DNA of 64,000 nucleotides from Malacoraja senta (taxonomy: Eukaryota), in the NCBI GenBank assembly GCA_038087875.1, contig CM075988.1:2914001-2978000 (forward strand), written 5' to 3'. Under the pieces are notes generated by a model. The model saw nothing but the letters and a program-made list of their open reading frames with translations. It made no database searches and had not been told where the DNA came from. Made by a program: the position numbers and the translations under genes. Of the stretch, positions 1 to 11,900 are shown piece by piece (position 1 is the first letter of the stretch; each line of letters opens with the position of its first letter).

Positions 1-135
1 TATGTGAAACACCATTCAAAGTTGCAAAAATTTAAGTTTTATAATCAGGTTTCCAGAAACTCAAAATAGACACTTACTGAAGAATCACCCGTATACCAAG
101 ATACTGTGGACAACTTTGTTTGCACGCTATCCGAT

Positions 136-1386
136 CAACTGCAACTGCAACTTTATTTATATAGCACATTTCATACATGAGGCAGACTCAAAGTGCTTCA
201 CATAAAAACATGTCATACAATAAAATGAAATAATAAAATGAAATAAAATAGAAGAATTAAAAGAAAATAAAAGCAAAGTTAAAAATGCATTATAGAAAAG
301 TGCCAAAGTTAAAAGTGCAATGTAGTTAAGATTTAGCTGAAAGCTAAAGTAAACATAAAAGTTTCAGTCTTGTTTTAAAAGTGGTGAAAGTAGGGGCAAG
401 TCTTAAATCTTCAGGAAGTTTATTCCAGCTATTTGTTGCATAGTAACTAAATCCTGCTTTCCCATGTTTTGTATTTACTCTGGGAATCACTAGCAGATTG
501 GTCTCAGAAGATCTTAGCGGTCTAGAAGGCTTATATAGTGGAAGCATGTCAGTGATATACTTTGGCCGTAAACCATGTATTGATTTATAGGTGAGCAGCA
601 GGATTTTGAAATCAATTCTCTGACATACAGGGAGCCAATGTAAGGATTTAAGAATTGGTGTAATGTGTTCAAATTTTTTGGTCTTTGTTAGAACTCTAGC
701 AACAGCGTTCTGAACAAGCTGTAGCTGCCTGACAGTTTTTTTCGGAAGACCTGCAAGGAGACCGTTACAATAATCTAGCCTACTAGTAATAAAGGCATGT
801 ACAAGTTTTTCTAAGTCTTGAGCTGACATGAGTCCTCTTAGTCTTGCTACGTTTTTGAGGTGATAGTAGGCCGATTTTGTTACTGATTTGATGTGACTGT
901 CGAAATGTAAATCTGAATCCATAATAACCCCGAGATTTCTGGCTTTGTTTGAAGTTTTCAGGGACAGAGAGTGAAGGTGTTGGGTTACTTTAAGCCTTTC
1001 TTTTTTAGCACCAAAAACAATTATCTCCGTTTTGTCCTTATTTAGTTGGAGGAAATTTTGGCACATCCAGTCTTTGACTTGCTCAATGCACTGGCACAGC
1101 AGATCTATGGGGCGATAGTCATTTGGTGATAGCGCTACATAGATTTGAGTGTCATCGGCATAGCAGTGGTGATCAATATTATTATTTTGCATGATTTGCC
1201 CTAGTGGGAGCATGTAGATGTTGAATAAAGAGGGCCCTAAGATCGAACCTTGCGGGACTCCACACGTCACGTTGGTTGGTTCTGATACAAAGTCGCCAAT
1301 GGAAACAAAATAGTTCCTATCTTGTAGATATGACCTGAACCAACTTAAGACTGTGCCTGAAAGCCCCACCCATTTTTCCAACCTGT
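136..1386 (-). mobile_element. L2-clade LINE, 3' part (RT C-terminal half, 3' UTR and tail), cut by the assembly gap
   Basis: Open frame 1386->344 with GVPQGSILGP, YADD and SRLDYCN motifs. The minus strand ends in AATAAA followed by (GTTGCA)n. Confidence 0.88.
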
Positions 1387-1586
1387 NNNNNNNNNNNNNN
1401 NNNNNNNNNNNNNNNNNNNNNNNNNNNNNNNNNNNNNNNNNNNNNNNNNNNNNNNNNNNNNNNNNNNNNNNNNNNNNNNNNNNNNNNNNNNNNNNNNNNN
1501 NNNNNNNNNNNNNNNNNNNNNNNNNNNNNNNNNNNNNNNNNNNNNNNNNNNNNNNNNNNNNNNNNNNNNNNNNNNNNNNNNNNNNN
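1387..1586. other. Assembly gap (200 N)
   Basis: Run of N. Confidence 1.
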
Positions 1587-2646
1587 GGGTCTTCATTCAC
1601 TGGCGGCGGTTGCCTGTCACTGAAACAGGTAGGTGAGATTTCACATCCACCTTGTGTGTGTGTGTGTGTGTGTGTCTCTCCCTCCCTCCCTCTCACACAG
1701 GCTGAGAGACTCTGCCTCTGTGAGTGTATGTCTCTTTCTCCCCCTCTCCCTGGGCTCTTGTTGGTGTGTGAACAACATGGTGAGAATTATGGAATTGTAG
1801 CATCGCCGAAAGAAGCCAAAAGCCTCATCAAATCGCTATCACGTTTTTAAATGATAATTTAGTTAGTTCATTTTTGCCACTGAGCAAGCGGAATAACTTT
1901 CCCTTTGGGTAATGTTTTCCAGTTATTTTTGAAAAACAGGATTGAAGCTTGTTACCATCATTTTTTCAGGCAGTGCGTTCAGAGCCAGCGCCTCTCATTA
2001 TACGCTCATTGTTTCCTATGAGAGACTTTGAAAAATAAGAATCACATTTCACACATTGATTTTAGGACTTTTGATTCTTAACATGACCATAATCACAATC
2101 TAACCTGATGGAAAATAAGAACTCAAAGTGCCGTTTTAAAGTGCAAATGTTCCCGGGGAACATGAAATATTGTTACACAAATTCTGAGATGTAATGATAA
2201 TAGATTAGTGATAATACCAGTAATATTGCGAGTGTCAACAATATGTCGACCTCACAATATTACTGGTATGATCACGAACCCGGAGACGACGGTATCCCGG
2301 CTGGAGTTTTACAACTTGGCAGAGAAATACTAGTCACAGATTCATATCATGACCCTACCCCCCCCCCCCCCCCCATCCCCCATAAACTGGGATGAGGCAG
2401 ACATGGTATTGATATTGGGTTATTTTGTCACCTGAACAAAACTGCAGTGAAAAACTCTGCTTGCGAGTTATGAAATAAAGCCGTACATAAGTGCAATAAA
2501 TAGCTAGCGCAAAGAGAAAAAATACCAGCGTGCAGAATACATTGTCACAACGTTACACCCTTATAGTTACAACACAAAAAAGTGTAGAGTTTTTTTGTCC
2601 AAGAGCTGTAATGGGGTATATCAGGAGATCAGGACTTCAGTTATGA

Positions 2647-2744
2647 GAAGATAGACACAAAATGCTGGAGCAACTCAGCGAGACAGGCAGCATCTCTGGA
2701 GAGAAGGAATGGGTGACGTTTCGGGTCGAGACCCTTCTTCAGAC
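2647..2744 (-). repeat. Short dispersed repeat headed by a minimal hammerhead-like motif (Penelope-associated type)
   Basis: Minus strand reads GTCTGAAGAAGGGTCTCGACCCGAAACGTCACC. Homologous copies lie at about 21174, 24940, 27330 and 49490. Confidence 0.6.
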
Positions 2745-3349
2745 ACCGAAGAACTGCCGTTTCAGCAATCTAATGACAGTGAGGAAGGAGCTGTCCCTGA
2801 ATCTGGTAGTACATGTATGTGAGCGTTTGTATTATCTGCTCACGGGGTGAAAGGAGAGGAAGGAATGGCCGAGGTGTGAATGGTCCTTGGTTACGTTTGC
2901 TGCTTCCCGAAGCAGGGCGAAGTGTAGATTGAGTTGATAGGGGGAAAGCTGGCCTGTGTAATAGACTGCACTACATTTGCAACTCTCTGTAATATATACT
3001 GCGCTCTTGGGCAATAGCCTTCTTGCAGACATGTTTCCAAATGAGCCAATTTAAACAAGGGAGGCTTTTTATAGTGTGTAAAAAAAAGCATGACATTATT
3101 TTTTTACCATATGATGATTTTTCAACACGTCGGTAGACATTGTTGGCTCAAGAGTAACTCGGGAGAGGAACTTGGTAACTCGGGAGACGAACTTGGAACA
3201 TCGCAGAAATGACAAGTAAACGGCAAACTTAGTCATACCCGTGTGGACTCGGTTACAATCTTGATCATACACTTGTAATCTCGTACACAACCACGAGTCT
3301 TTCACTCGGGGTACCTCGTGGGTCAACTCGCACCGTGAGACAGGGCTTT

Positions 3350-4685
3350 AAGGTTGTTGATCACAGAGCTCCCCCTGTGAACCTTATGGAAGCAGAAGCG
3401 TGAGCACATCTCATCCTGCTCCATGTGGCGGACCCTGGATTGGAAGATGATCTTGGAGGATTCAGAGGTAAAGAGCCAAGCTTGCCGGCCCTTCAACTCT
3501 CTAAGTTCCTCCCTTACATCCACCCCTCTCGACTGCAGAAGGAGCAGTTGCTGCAAATCTGTCTGGAGTTGACACAATTCCCTCTGACTGTCTTGCTCTC
3601 TGAACCCCTTTAAATATGAAGAACTTCTTAATGTTCTCCTAGGTTGCTTCCCACCAGTGTGTCGGGGAGTCAAAGAGGGGCTTCACCGTTCTCCAACATG
3701 CGTAGTCCCTCTTTAGCTCCTCAACGTTTTCTGGGGTCAACAGCTTCACATTTAACTTCCACGTCACTCTGCCTGCCTTCCGGTCCCCCTGTAGGTGACA
3801 GGAAGTCTGAAGGAGGCCGTGGTCAGAGAAGAACACCGGCCTGAGGTCGGTGTGTCTGACCGTGACGGCCTTCGACGTGAAGAGGAAGTCTATCCCGGAC
3901 CGGACTGAACCGTCCGATCTCGACCAGGTGAACCGTGACTGGGACCCGCCTGCAGGAGTCGCTGAAGGCGTCGCGCAGCTTTGCTTCTTTGACCGTCTCC
4001 ATCAGGAGCTTGAAGGTGCTGTCCTGTTTGTGGTCGTCCAGCCGCATCAATGATGCAGTTGAAGTCACATGGAAACATAGAAACATAGAAAATAGGTGCA
4101 GGAGTAGGCCATTCGGCCCTTCGAGCCGAATGTGATCATGGCTGATCATCCAACTCAGTATCCTGTACCTGCCTTCTGTCAATACCCCCTGATCCCTTTA
4201 GCCACAAGGGCCACATCTAACTCCCTCTTAAATATAGCCAATGTACTGGCCTCAACTACCTTCTGTGGCAGAGAATTCCAGAGATTCACCACTCTCTGTG
4301 TGAAAAATGTTTTTCTCATCTCGGTCCTAAAAGATTTCCCCCTTATCCTTAAACTGTGACCCCTTGTTCTGGACTTCCCCAACATCGGGAACAATCTTCC
4401 TGCATCTAGCCTGTCCAACCCCTTAAGAATTTTGTAAGTTTCTATAAGACCCTCCCTCAATCTTCTAAATTCTAGCGAGTACAAGCCGAGTCTATCCAGT
4501 CTTTCTTCATATGAAAGTCCTGACATCCCAGGAACGTGCGGCCGGGACGTGGCCAGCAGCGGTGGGAGCTGCTGAAGAACGGCCAGCTGCTCGCTCCGCA
4601 GGGGTGAGGCGTACACATTAATCATCCGGAGCGGTGAGCCCTGGTACATTACATCCACCACAAGGAGACGCCCCCCAACGACCTC
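3350..4685 (-). mobile_element. Tx1/L1-group LINE ORF2 fragment (AP endonuclease and linker), frameshifted and interrupted by CR1
   Basis: Peptides GRLLVVDV..INVYAS, (G)DFNCIID, FSDH and WKLNVKLL occur in successive frames. Confidence 0.75.
4067..4533 (-). mobile_element. CR1 LINE 3' fragment
   Basis: LSYEERLDRLGLYSLEFRRLR..RTRGHSL..FFTQRVVNLWNSLP, with a (TTTCTATG)n tail. Near-identical to 26200-26630. Confidence 0.92.
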
Positions 4686-5126
4686 ACATGGATTCAGTGG
4701 GCTGATAGGCCTGTCTCCATGCTGTATGATGTTGACTCCAGCAAGTCCCAGAATGTGCTGCAGGGCTGCTGGAGCTGAGTATTGACTGGGAATGAGCAGG
4801 GTCTGCCTTACCCTGAGCACAGAATCTGCAGTCACATACGATACTGATGGTCACACACACATAGACACAATGCACACTCACACACAGCAGACATAAGCCC
4901 CTGTCCCACTTAGGAGACATCCTAAGTCACGACCGCCTTGACCTTGGCCAGGCATCTACACACTGCTCACATTTAGTGATGCTATTTTTAGCTCCATTAT
5001 CCTTAAAATGTCGCTGACCGTCATCTTGTCCCCTCATGCCCACCGCTTTGGTGAATTGCAGCACCTTTCCAGGGCTCAGGTACTGGGTGCTGCCATTTTT
5101 ACTGGATGAGCTGTTAGGTTGGTTAC

Positions 5127-5330
5127 TGTAGATGAGATATGCATGTGCCTTTAATATAGTTACCTCATCACTACTAGCCACTCCCCATATCACAAGTATA
5201 ATTACAACCTCCCCACCCACATATCGTTCTCTAGTTTCCGTGACAGACCACGTACAGCTAGTGCTCTCTGTAATGCTGCAGTATGAATAAAATAAGTCAA
5301 GTTACAGTGCGTCGATAACACTTCTTTACA
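5127..5330 (+). repeat. 5' LTR
   Basis: Direct repeat of 9294-9497 with 5 substitutions counted by eye. Confidence 0.97.
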
Positions 5331-5426
5331 TGGTGTCAGTCCTCTTACCCTTGCGCCTCCTGTTTATCGGTTGTTTATTTGATTTTACCCCAGTTTTCTG
5401 TTCCCCCCCCCTCTTATTTCCTCGCT

Positions 5427-6400
5427 ATGGCCACTTCTTGCCGCAAGCCCGATGTGCTAGTTTTCGATTCAGACATTGCCCATCGATGGGATGTCTTTAG
5501 ACGTGACGTCAACCACTATGTCACAATCGCTCATCCTGCCGCCACACCAGAAGTCAAAGCTTCTCTGCTTCTCAACCTGGCTGGTCCCGATGCCCTGGCT
5601 CGGTCAGACTTCTTCGTCTACGATGCGGGTGAATCTGCTCGGGACCCGGTATGTTTGTTGGCTAAGTTTACCGCTATTTGCGACATTCCCTCTAACTGCA
5701 TTTTAGAACGTTTTAAACTGTTCGGGCGGCGTCAGCACCCTGGTGAATCGGCCGAGAACTATGTCACTGCTCTGAGACACCTGGCCAGGTGGTGCCGCCT
5801 TGACATGCTGACCCCCGAGGAACTGACCAGGGACCTTCTGGTTTACGGTCTCCGCGATGAAAAGCTAAGGGCTGAACTTTTGCGCAGGCCCGACCTGCCT
5901 TTTAACGAGGCTATGCATGCCTGCCGTTTAGCCGAAGCTGTCACCTCGGCGGTGTCACCGGCTGATCATGACATTAACTTTGCCAGCGTTACCAGCCGTC
6001 GGCTGAACACGACCCCGCCATGACCCCAGCCACGACCCCCGGGGTCCGGCTTTGCTCCCGGGGGACGCGCCCAGCAGAGGTGCCCCAATTGTAACTTTGC
6101 TACTCATCTGTACAACGTATGCCCTGCTCTGGGTAAAACATGCAATTACTGCAAGAAACTGAACCACATTGCGGCTGCCTGCCGTTCCCGTGGGAAGCCT
6201 GTTGCTGCTCCAAGGCGTATGTTAAACAACTTGGTGCAAGCTGATAGCGAGCTCGGTTCCCAGTACCATTCCAACGAACTCCCTGTGTCTGACTCTGGGT
6301 CCTCACAGGGGGAAACCAGCATATTTTCTCTGTTGGATGCACCTGCTGTGATAACAGACCCTTCAGTTCGTGTAACTGTAAACAACTCGACCTGGGCAAG
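5427..6400 (+). pseudogene. gag: Gypsy gag with premature stop
   Basis: Gag-like ORF. After the in-frame TGA at 6021-6023 the same frame continues into two zinc knuckles (CPNC..H..C and CNYC..H..C). Confidence 0.85.
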
Positions 6401-6429
6401 CTGCCCTGCAACTACAAGATTGTAGTCGA

Positions 6430-9223
6430 CCGCAAGGTCGAGCCAGTGGTCCGTGTGCCACACCGTGTCTCCTTCGCCATGAAGGACAAAGTAGAATCGA
6501 CGCTGCACAGCATGGTGAAATTGGGCATCCTAAAGGCGGTCAGCATACCCACCAGGTGGGTCTCAACCATGGTGGTTGCCGTGAAAAAGGACAAAAGCAA
6601 AATACGCATTTGCATCAACCCCAAGGACCTCAACCTGGCCATCAAACGCCCGCACTACCCTATGAGAACAGTAGAGGACGTCGCTGCACAGGTTGGTCCG
6701 GCCACAATCTTTTCTGTCCTCGATGCCAAGAGCTCCTTCTGGCAGACACCGCTTGACGAGCAGTCCTCCATCCTGACGACTTTCAGCACCCCCTTCGGCA
6801 GATTTAGGTTCCTCTGAATGCCATTCGGAATCAACTCTGCCAGCGAGGTGTTCCAACGGACAATGGAGCAGCTGTTTGCTGGTCGACCCTGCGCCATCCT
6901 GGTTTACGGTAAAGATGTCGCCGAACACGACTTCCACCTCCGCCAAGTCCTAGACCGGGCCCGGAAGATCAATTTGAAACTGAACCCCAAGAAGTGCCGA
7001 TTCGGCGTCCCAGAGGTCACATATGTTGGACATGTATTCACAGCCTCGGGGCTGAAACCCGACCCGCAGAAAACGGCTGCCATCTCCGGATGTCTTCACC
7101 CACTGATGTGCCCAGCCTGCAACGTTTCCTAGGCATGATAAACTATCTGGGGAAGTTCATCCCCGACCTCAGCAAGCTCAGCGCACCCCTGAGGGAGTTG
7201 ATAAAGAAGGACACGGCCTGGGCTTGGTTCCCTCAACACCAGAAAGCCTTCGACATCCTTAAATCTAAGCTAATCAGTACCCCCACACTTAAATTTTTGA
7301 CCTGCAGCGTCCCATTATCCTCACCTGCGACGCCTCTAAGTTCGGGCTCGGTGCCGCTTGCCTACAGCTCCATGACGTCTGCAGCTGCCGGTTTCCTTTG
7401 CGTCCCGCACCATGACCCCTGCCGAACAGCACTACGCACAGATCGAGAAGGAGCTACTGGCCGTGGTGTTTGCCTGCTCCAAATTCAAGGACTACATTCT
7501 AGGCAACACTTTCACCATCGAAACTGATCACCAGCAGCTTGTCACCATTCTCAACAAATCGATCCATGTTGCCTCATCCCGACTGCAGCGCATGATGCTG
7601 CAGCTCCAGCGCTTCACTTTCGAAGTTGTTTATCGTAAGGGCAAAGACATGTTCGTGGCCGACACGCTGTCCCGTGCACCGCTAGCATCCACTGATCGCC
7701 ACCCCTATGAAATGTCTGACCTGATGGTGCTCAATGTGAATATTGTCCCTTCACAGCAGATGAAGTCCCTGGTCGAGCACACTGCCGATGATCCTGCCCT
7801 GCAACAGCTTTCTGCCATCATCCAGCAGGGCTGGCCCGACCGTCGTTCCGCTTTGCCGGCTGGCACCGTGCCCTACTTCCTGGTCCGTGATGAGCTCGTA
7901 CTTCATGACGGCGTGGTTGTGAAAGGTCACAAGGTTGTTGTGCCTGCTGCGCTGCTCGACCACTATTTTCAGGCCGCTCACCGCGGTCATCCTGGGGCCG
8001 AAGCCACCTTGTCTCACGCCCAGAGCCAGTTCTACTGGCCTGGTATGGCTCAATACATCCGGGAGAGGGTCTCCTCGTGTTCCACCTGCAACAGTCTCGC
8101 CCCCCACCAGCAACGTCAGCCGTTTCTGCAGCAGCCTGCCCCCGAACTGCCCTGGATGGCGGTTGCAACTGACATTTTCGATTGGCGGGGCAAACACTTC
8201 CTGGTCGTGGTCGACTCCTACTCCAGCTGGTTTGAGGTCGACCAGCTGCACTCCCTCACCTCTTCGGCCATTGTCGATAAGCGGCGCCGCCATTTCTGTA
8301 CCTTTGGCACCCCGGCCAGCCTGCAGTCGGACAACGGCAGCCAATTCACGAGCTCCGAGGTTAGGGCTTTCGCAACCCGCTGGAACTTCCGCCACTTCAC
8401 CAGCAGCCCTGAGTATCCGCAAAGCAACGGTCTGGCCGAGCGCGCCGTCCGCAGTGCAAAGAACTTGCTGGAACAATGTCACTTGTCTAACTCCGACTTT
8501 TTTCTGGCCCTCCTTAACCTTCGCAACATCTCCCGCGACCCTGTCATGGGCTCCCCTGCTCAGCGGCTCATGTCTCGCACGACCAGACCACCGATCCCGG
8601 TGGCCCAGCGCTCCCTCATCCCCTCTGTCCTCAAACCCGCTGCTGTCCAGGAATGCATTGCCTTTAAGCACGATGTTCAGAAGCGCTCCCATGACAAGTC
8701 CTGCCGCCCCCTGCCGCGCCTTTTCCCCGGTCAGGTCGTCCGCATGCAGACCCCCTCTGGTCATTCCCGGCTCGCTACCGTCGTCGCCTCTGCTGGGTCG
8801 CGCAGGTCCTATCTCGTCGACCATGCTGGAACGGTCTACCACCGGTCCCGCCAACACCTGCGGCTCGTCAATGTGCCACGGCCGCCGCCCGCGGACCCTT
8901 TTGCTCCCCCTCTGCAATTTCGGCACCCGGGCGGTGCTCTGCCCGCCACTCCTCGCATGCCACGGTCTCTACCCTCGCAGCTCTATCAGTCCAATCCTCC
9001 TCCGGCTCTCCCTCCCTCGCCTGCCCGCGCGCTGCCCGCTGCTGAACCCGCATCCCCTCCTGCCTTTCTGCCCTTGTCTTCTCCGTCCCCTCCCGGCTCC
9101 CCCATTCCAGTTCGGCCGTCCGCACCTGTTCCTCTTCTTCCTGCCGGGAGGGAGGATGGCGAGATGCGAACCCGGTCGGGAGGTGTTGTCAAGCCGCCTG
9201 TCCGCTATGGTGACTTTGCTTAA
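6430..9223 (+). pseudogene. pol: Gypsy pol (RT-RNase H-integrase) with stop and frameshifts; RNase H C-terminus and integrase open at 7412-9223
   Basis: Motifs IRICINPKDLN, LDAKSSFWQ, MPFG, YAQIEKELLA, integrase HHCC and D..SDNG..E. Confidence 0.93.
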
Positions 9224-9293
9224 CCATTTCTAGTGCATGAGACGTGGTCGCCCTGCCACTACCTTGTTTGCCTTTCGTTTCCAAGGGGAAGGA

Positions 9294-9497
9294 TGTAGAT
9301 GAGATATGCATGTGCCTTTAATATAGTTACCTCATCACTACTAACCACTCCCCATATCACAAGTATAATTACAACCTCCCCACCCACATATCGCTCTCTA
9401 GTTTCCGTGACAGACCACGTACAGCTAGTGCTCTCTGTAATGCTGCAGTATAAATAAAAGAAGTAAAGTTACAGTGCGTCGATAACACTTCTTTACA
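9294..9497 (+). repeat. 3' LTR
   Basis: Preceded by the PPT and followed by TSD GTTAC. Confidence 0.97.
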
Positions 9498-9734
9498 GTT
9501 ACCCACCCAGCATGGATCCACCTCTAAGCCAGCAACTGACAGACTCCTGGTCACCTCCAATTTCAATCCATCCTAGATCAGTGATCCACGATCCTCTTCC
9601 TTAATCTGGGAGAACTGACAGATCTGTTCTGATAAGAACCTTATTGATCACAGTCTCTCCCCTGCCCGGTAAGTATCAGGTACAATCAATCCGTGCACAA
9701 GTACAACAGTTGGTGAAAAGAGAAAAATACCAAA

Positions 9735-10031
9735 GTTTAGAGAAACAGCATGGAAACAGGCTCTTCGGCCAATTGAGTTCACATTGAATACTGATCGCCC
9801 ATTCACACTGGTTCTACATTATCCCACTTTCTCATCCACTCCTTAAACAGTAAGGGCAATTTACAGAGGACGGTCAAACCTGCAGGTCTTTGGCATGTGG
9901 GAGGAAACTGGAGCACCCAGAGGAAACCCACACAGTCACAGAGAAAAATTAAAAACTCCACATAGACAGCTCTGGATCCGGTCTCTGGCACTGTAAAGCA
10001 GTGGCTCTACCAGCCACGCTACTGTGTCGCC
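9735..10031 (-). mobile_element. tRNA-derived SINE (V-SINE/HE1-like)
   Basis: tRNA-like head, a core shared with the copies at 16676, 22157 and 23580, and a CR1-like 3' tail. Confidence 0.65.
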
Positions 10032-10592
10032 ATAGCATGCAGAATACAGTGTTATAACGTTCTAGCATGACAGTTACAGAGAAAGTATAAATAAATTAAA
10101 AGTGCAAGTGCTATAATGAAGTAGGTTGGGAGAATGGGACTACTGTAGCTAATGGGAGGTCTGAGCAGCAAAATAGGATCACAAACTGCAGATGCTAGAA
10201 ATCTGAAATAAAATGGAAACATTTAAGGGCCTGTCCCACGGGCGGGCGATTCCATGCGGCAAGCGCGACCTCCCTGGAAGCGGGGCCCGCGCGGGGGCCG
10301 AATGATCAACGTACGGCCTGTCCCACGAGCATGCGAATTCATGCGGCAAGCGCAACCTAACCGGAAGCGGGTGCCGCATGGAGGCCGAGTGATCACCGTA
10401 CGGCCTGTCCCACGAGCATGCGAATGCATGCGGCGAGCGCGACCTAACCAGAAGCGCGGGGTGCGCGGACGTCCATTTTGAGCGAAGTCGGTTGGAAGCT
10501 CGAGCCTGACGCCATTTTAATCATTGAAACGGGTGTTGCAGGCTGGAATTTGATCATCATCTCCATTTAAACGGGTGTTTATCATCAACGCA

Positions 10593-11900
10593 ATGGAAGA
10601 GATTCAGATTGCATTGCTGCTACACCAAGAGAGACTTCTGTTAGCAGCAGCCCTCGTGCTTGCAGGTCAGCTGGGCAGGAGTTCAACAAGGAAGGTTATG
10701 AAGAAGCCCAGGAAGAGGTCTGTGTGGACGAGGTCCTTGTTCCGGATGAGACCCACTTTGGGCCAGTATGAGATCATGATGACGGATCTGCAGCAAGTAG
10801 ATGATGCTGCCTTTAGAAATTTCACCAGGATCCCCCCTGACCTGTTTCAGGAGCTCAAGACACGAGTCGGACCTCTTCTGCAGAAAACGGACACCGTCAT
10901 GCGGAAGTCACTGGAACCAGGCCTGCGCCTAGCCATCACCCTCCGCTACCTTGCATCAGGGGATTCCTACAAGAGCCTCTCGTATAACTTCCGTGTGGCT
11001 CACAACACCATCAGCGGTGTAGTCCGAGAGACCTGTGACGCAATCAACAAGACATATGATGAAATGATTGACTGCCCCAGTACACCAGGCGGGTGGAGGA
11101 GAGTGGCGCACGGCTTTCAAAGCAGATGGAACTTCCTGCACACATGTGGGGCTGTTGACGGGAAGCATGTGGCCATCCGGTGTCCACCCAGGGGAGGTTC
11201 TGTGTACTTCAACTACAAGAAGTTCCATTCCATCGTGCTGTTAGCTGTGGTCGATGCCAACTACAACTTCCTGTTTGTGAATGTGGGCACACCTGGCAGT
11301 GCCGCAGATGGAGGGATCTGGAGAGAGACCTCCCTTGGGCAAGCATTGGAAGAACAGGGAGAGCAGGCCTTCCGGATCCAGAACCTCTGCCGGGAGAAGA
11401 CAACCCTGACATCCCCTACGCACTGGTTGGTGATGATGCCTTCGCACTCAGGCCATGGATGATGAAGCCATACCCTCACAGGCAGATGTCAAGGAGCAAA
11501 GGATCTTCAATTACAGGCTGTCCAGGGCTAGGAGGGTCGTGGAAAATGCTTTTGGTTTCCTTGCTAGCAGATTCAGCTGCCTGCTGACAACAATGGAGCA
11601 GGAGCCCGAGAATGTGCAGACCATTGTCTACGCGGCATGTGTCCTCCATAACCTGATCCGCACCAGAGGTGCAGCAGCAGCCATGGTGGAGGGTGACACG
11701 ATGGACAAACAGACAGGAGAAGTCACACCAGGTTCATGGAGAGCTGCAAGACAGGCTGCACCGATGGTGGCACTAGGCGCATTACAAAGAAACACCAGCA
11801 ACAAAAGAGCAAAGGAGCAGAGGGACCGTCTCTGTGCTTACTACAACCGAGCGAGGCAGTGTACCCTGGCAGAACAATATGTGATGAGGATCAACAGCAA
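10593..11900 (+). pseudogene. Harbinger (HARBI1/DDE_Tnp_4-like) transposase, frameshifted
   Basis: LAITLRYLASG, GAVDGKH, YFNYKKFHSIVL, LVGDDAF, FNYRLSRARRVVENAFG and CVLHN are spread over three frames. Confidence 0.92.

Larger units (their letters stand above)
5127..9497 (+). mobile_element. Ty3/Gypsy LTR retrotransposon (Mag-like), decayed provirus
   Basis: 204-bp TG..CA LTRs at 5127-5330 and 9294-9497, TSD GTTAC on both sides, short PBS TGGTGTCAG, PPT AAGGGGAAGGA, and gag, RT, RNase H and IN in that order. Confidence 0.97.

Noticed and set aside
344..1850. ORFs spanning the N run
   Set aside because: Artefacts of translating through the gap.
4179..4835. 218-aa novel protein
   Set aside because: Chance in-frame fusion of unrelated LINE fragments.
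7751..9233. Long overlapping ORFs (391 aa minus strand, 432 aa alternative frame)
   Set aside because: Shadows of GC-rich integrase coding with no recognisable domain.
10593..11900. Domesticated host gene HARBI1
   Set aside because: Frameshifted, bounded by TIRs and paired with ORF2, so it is a transposon copy.
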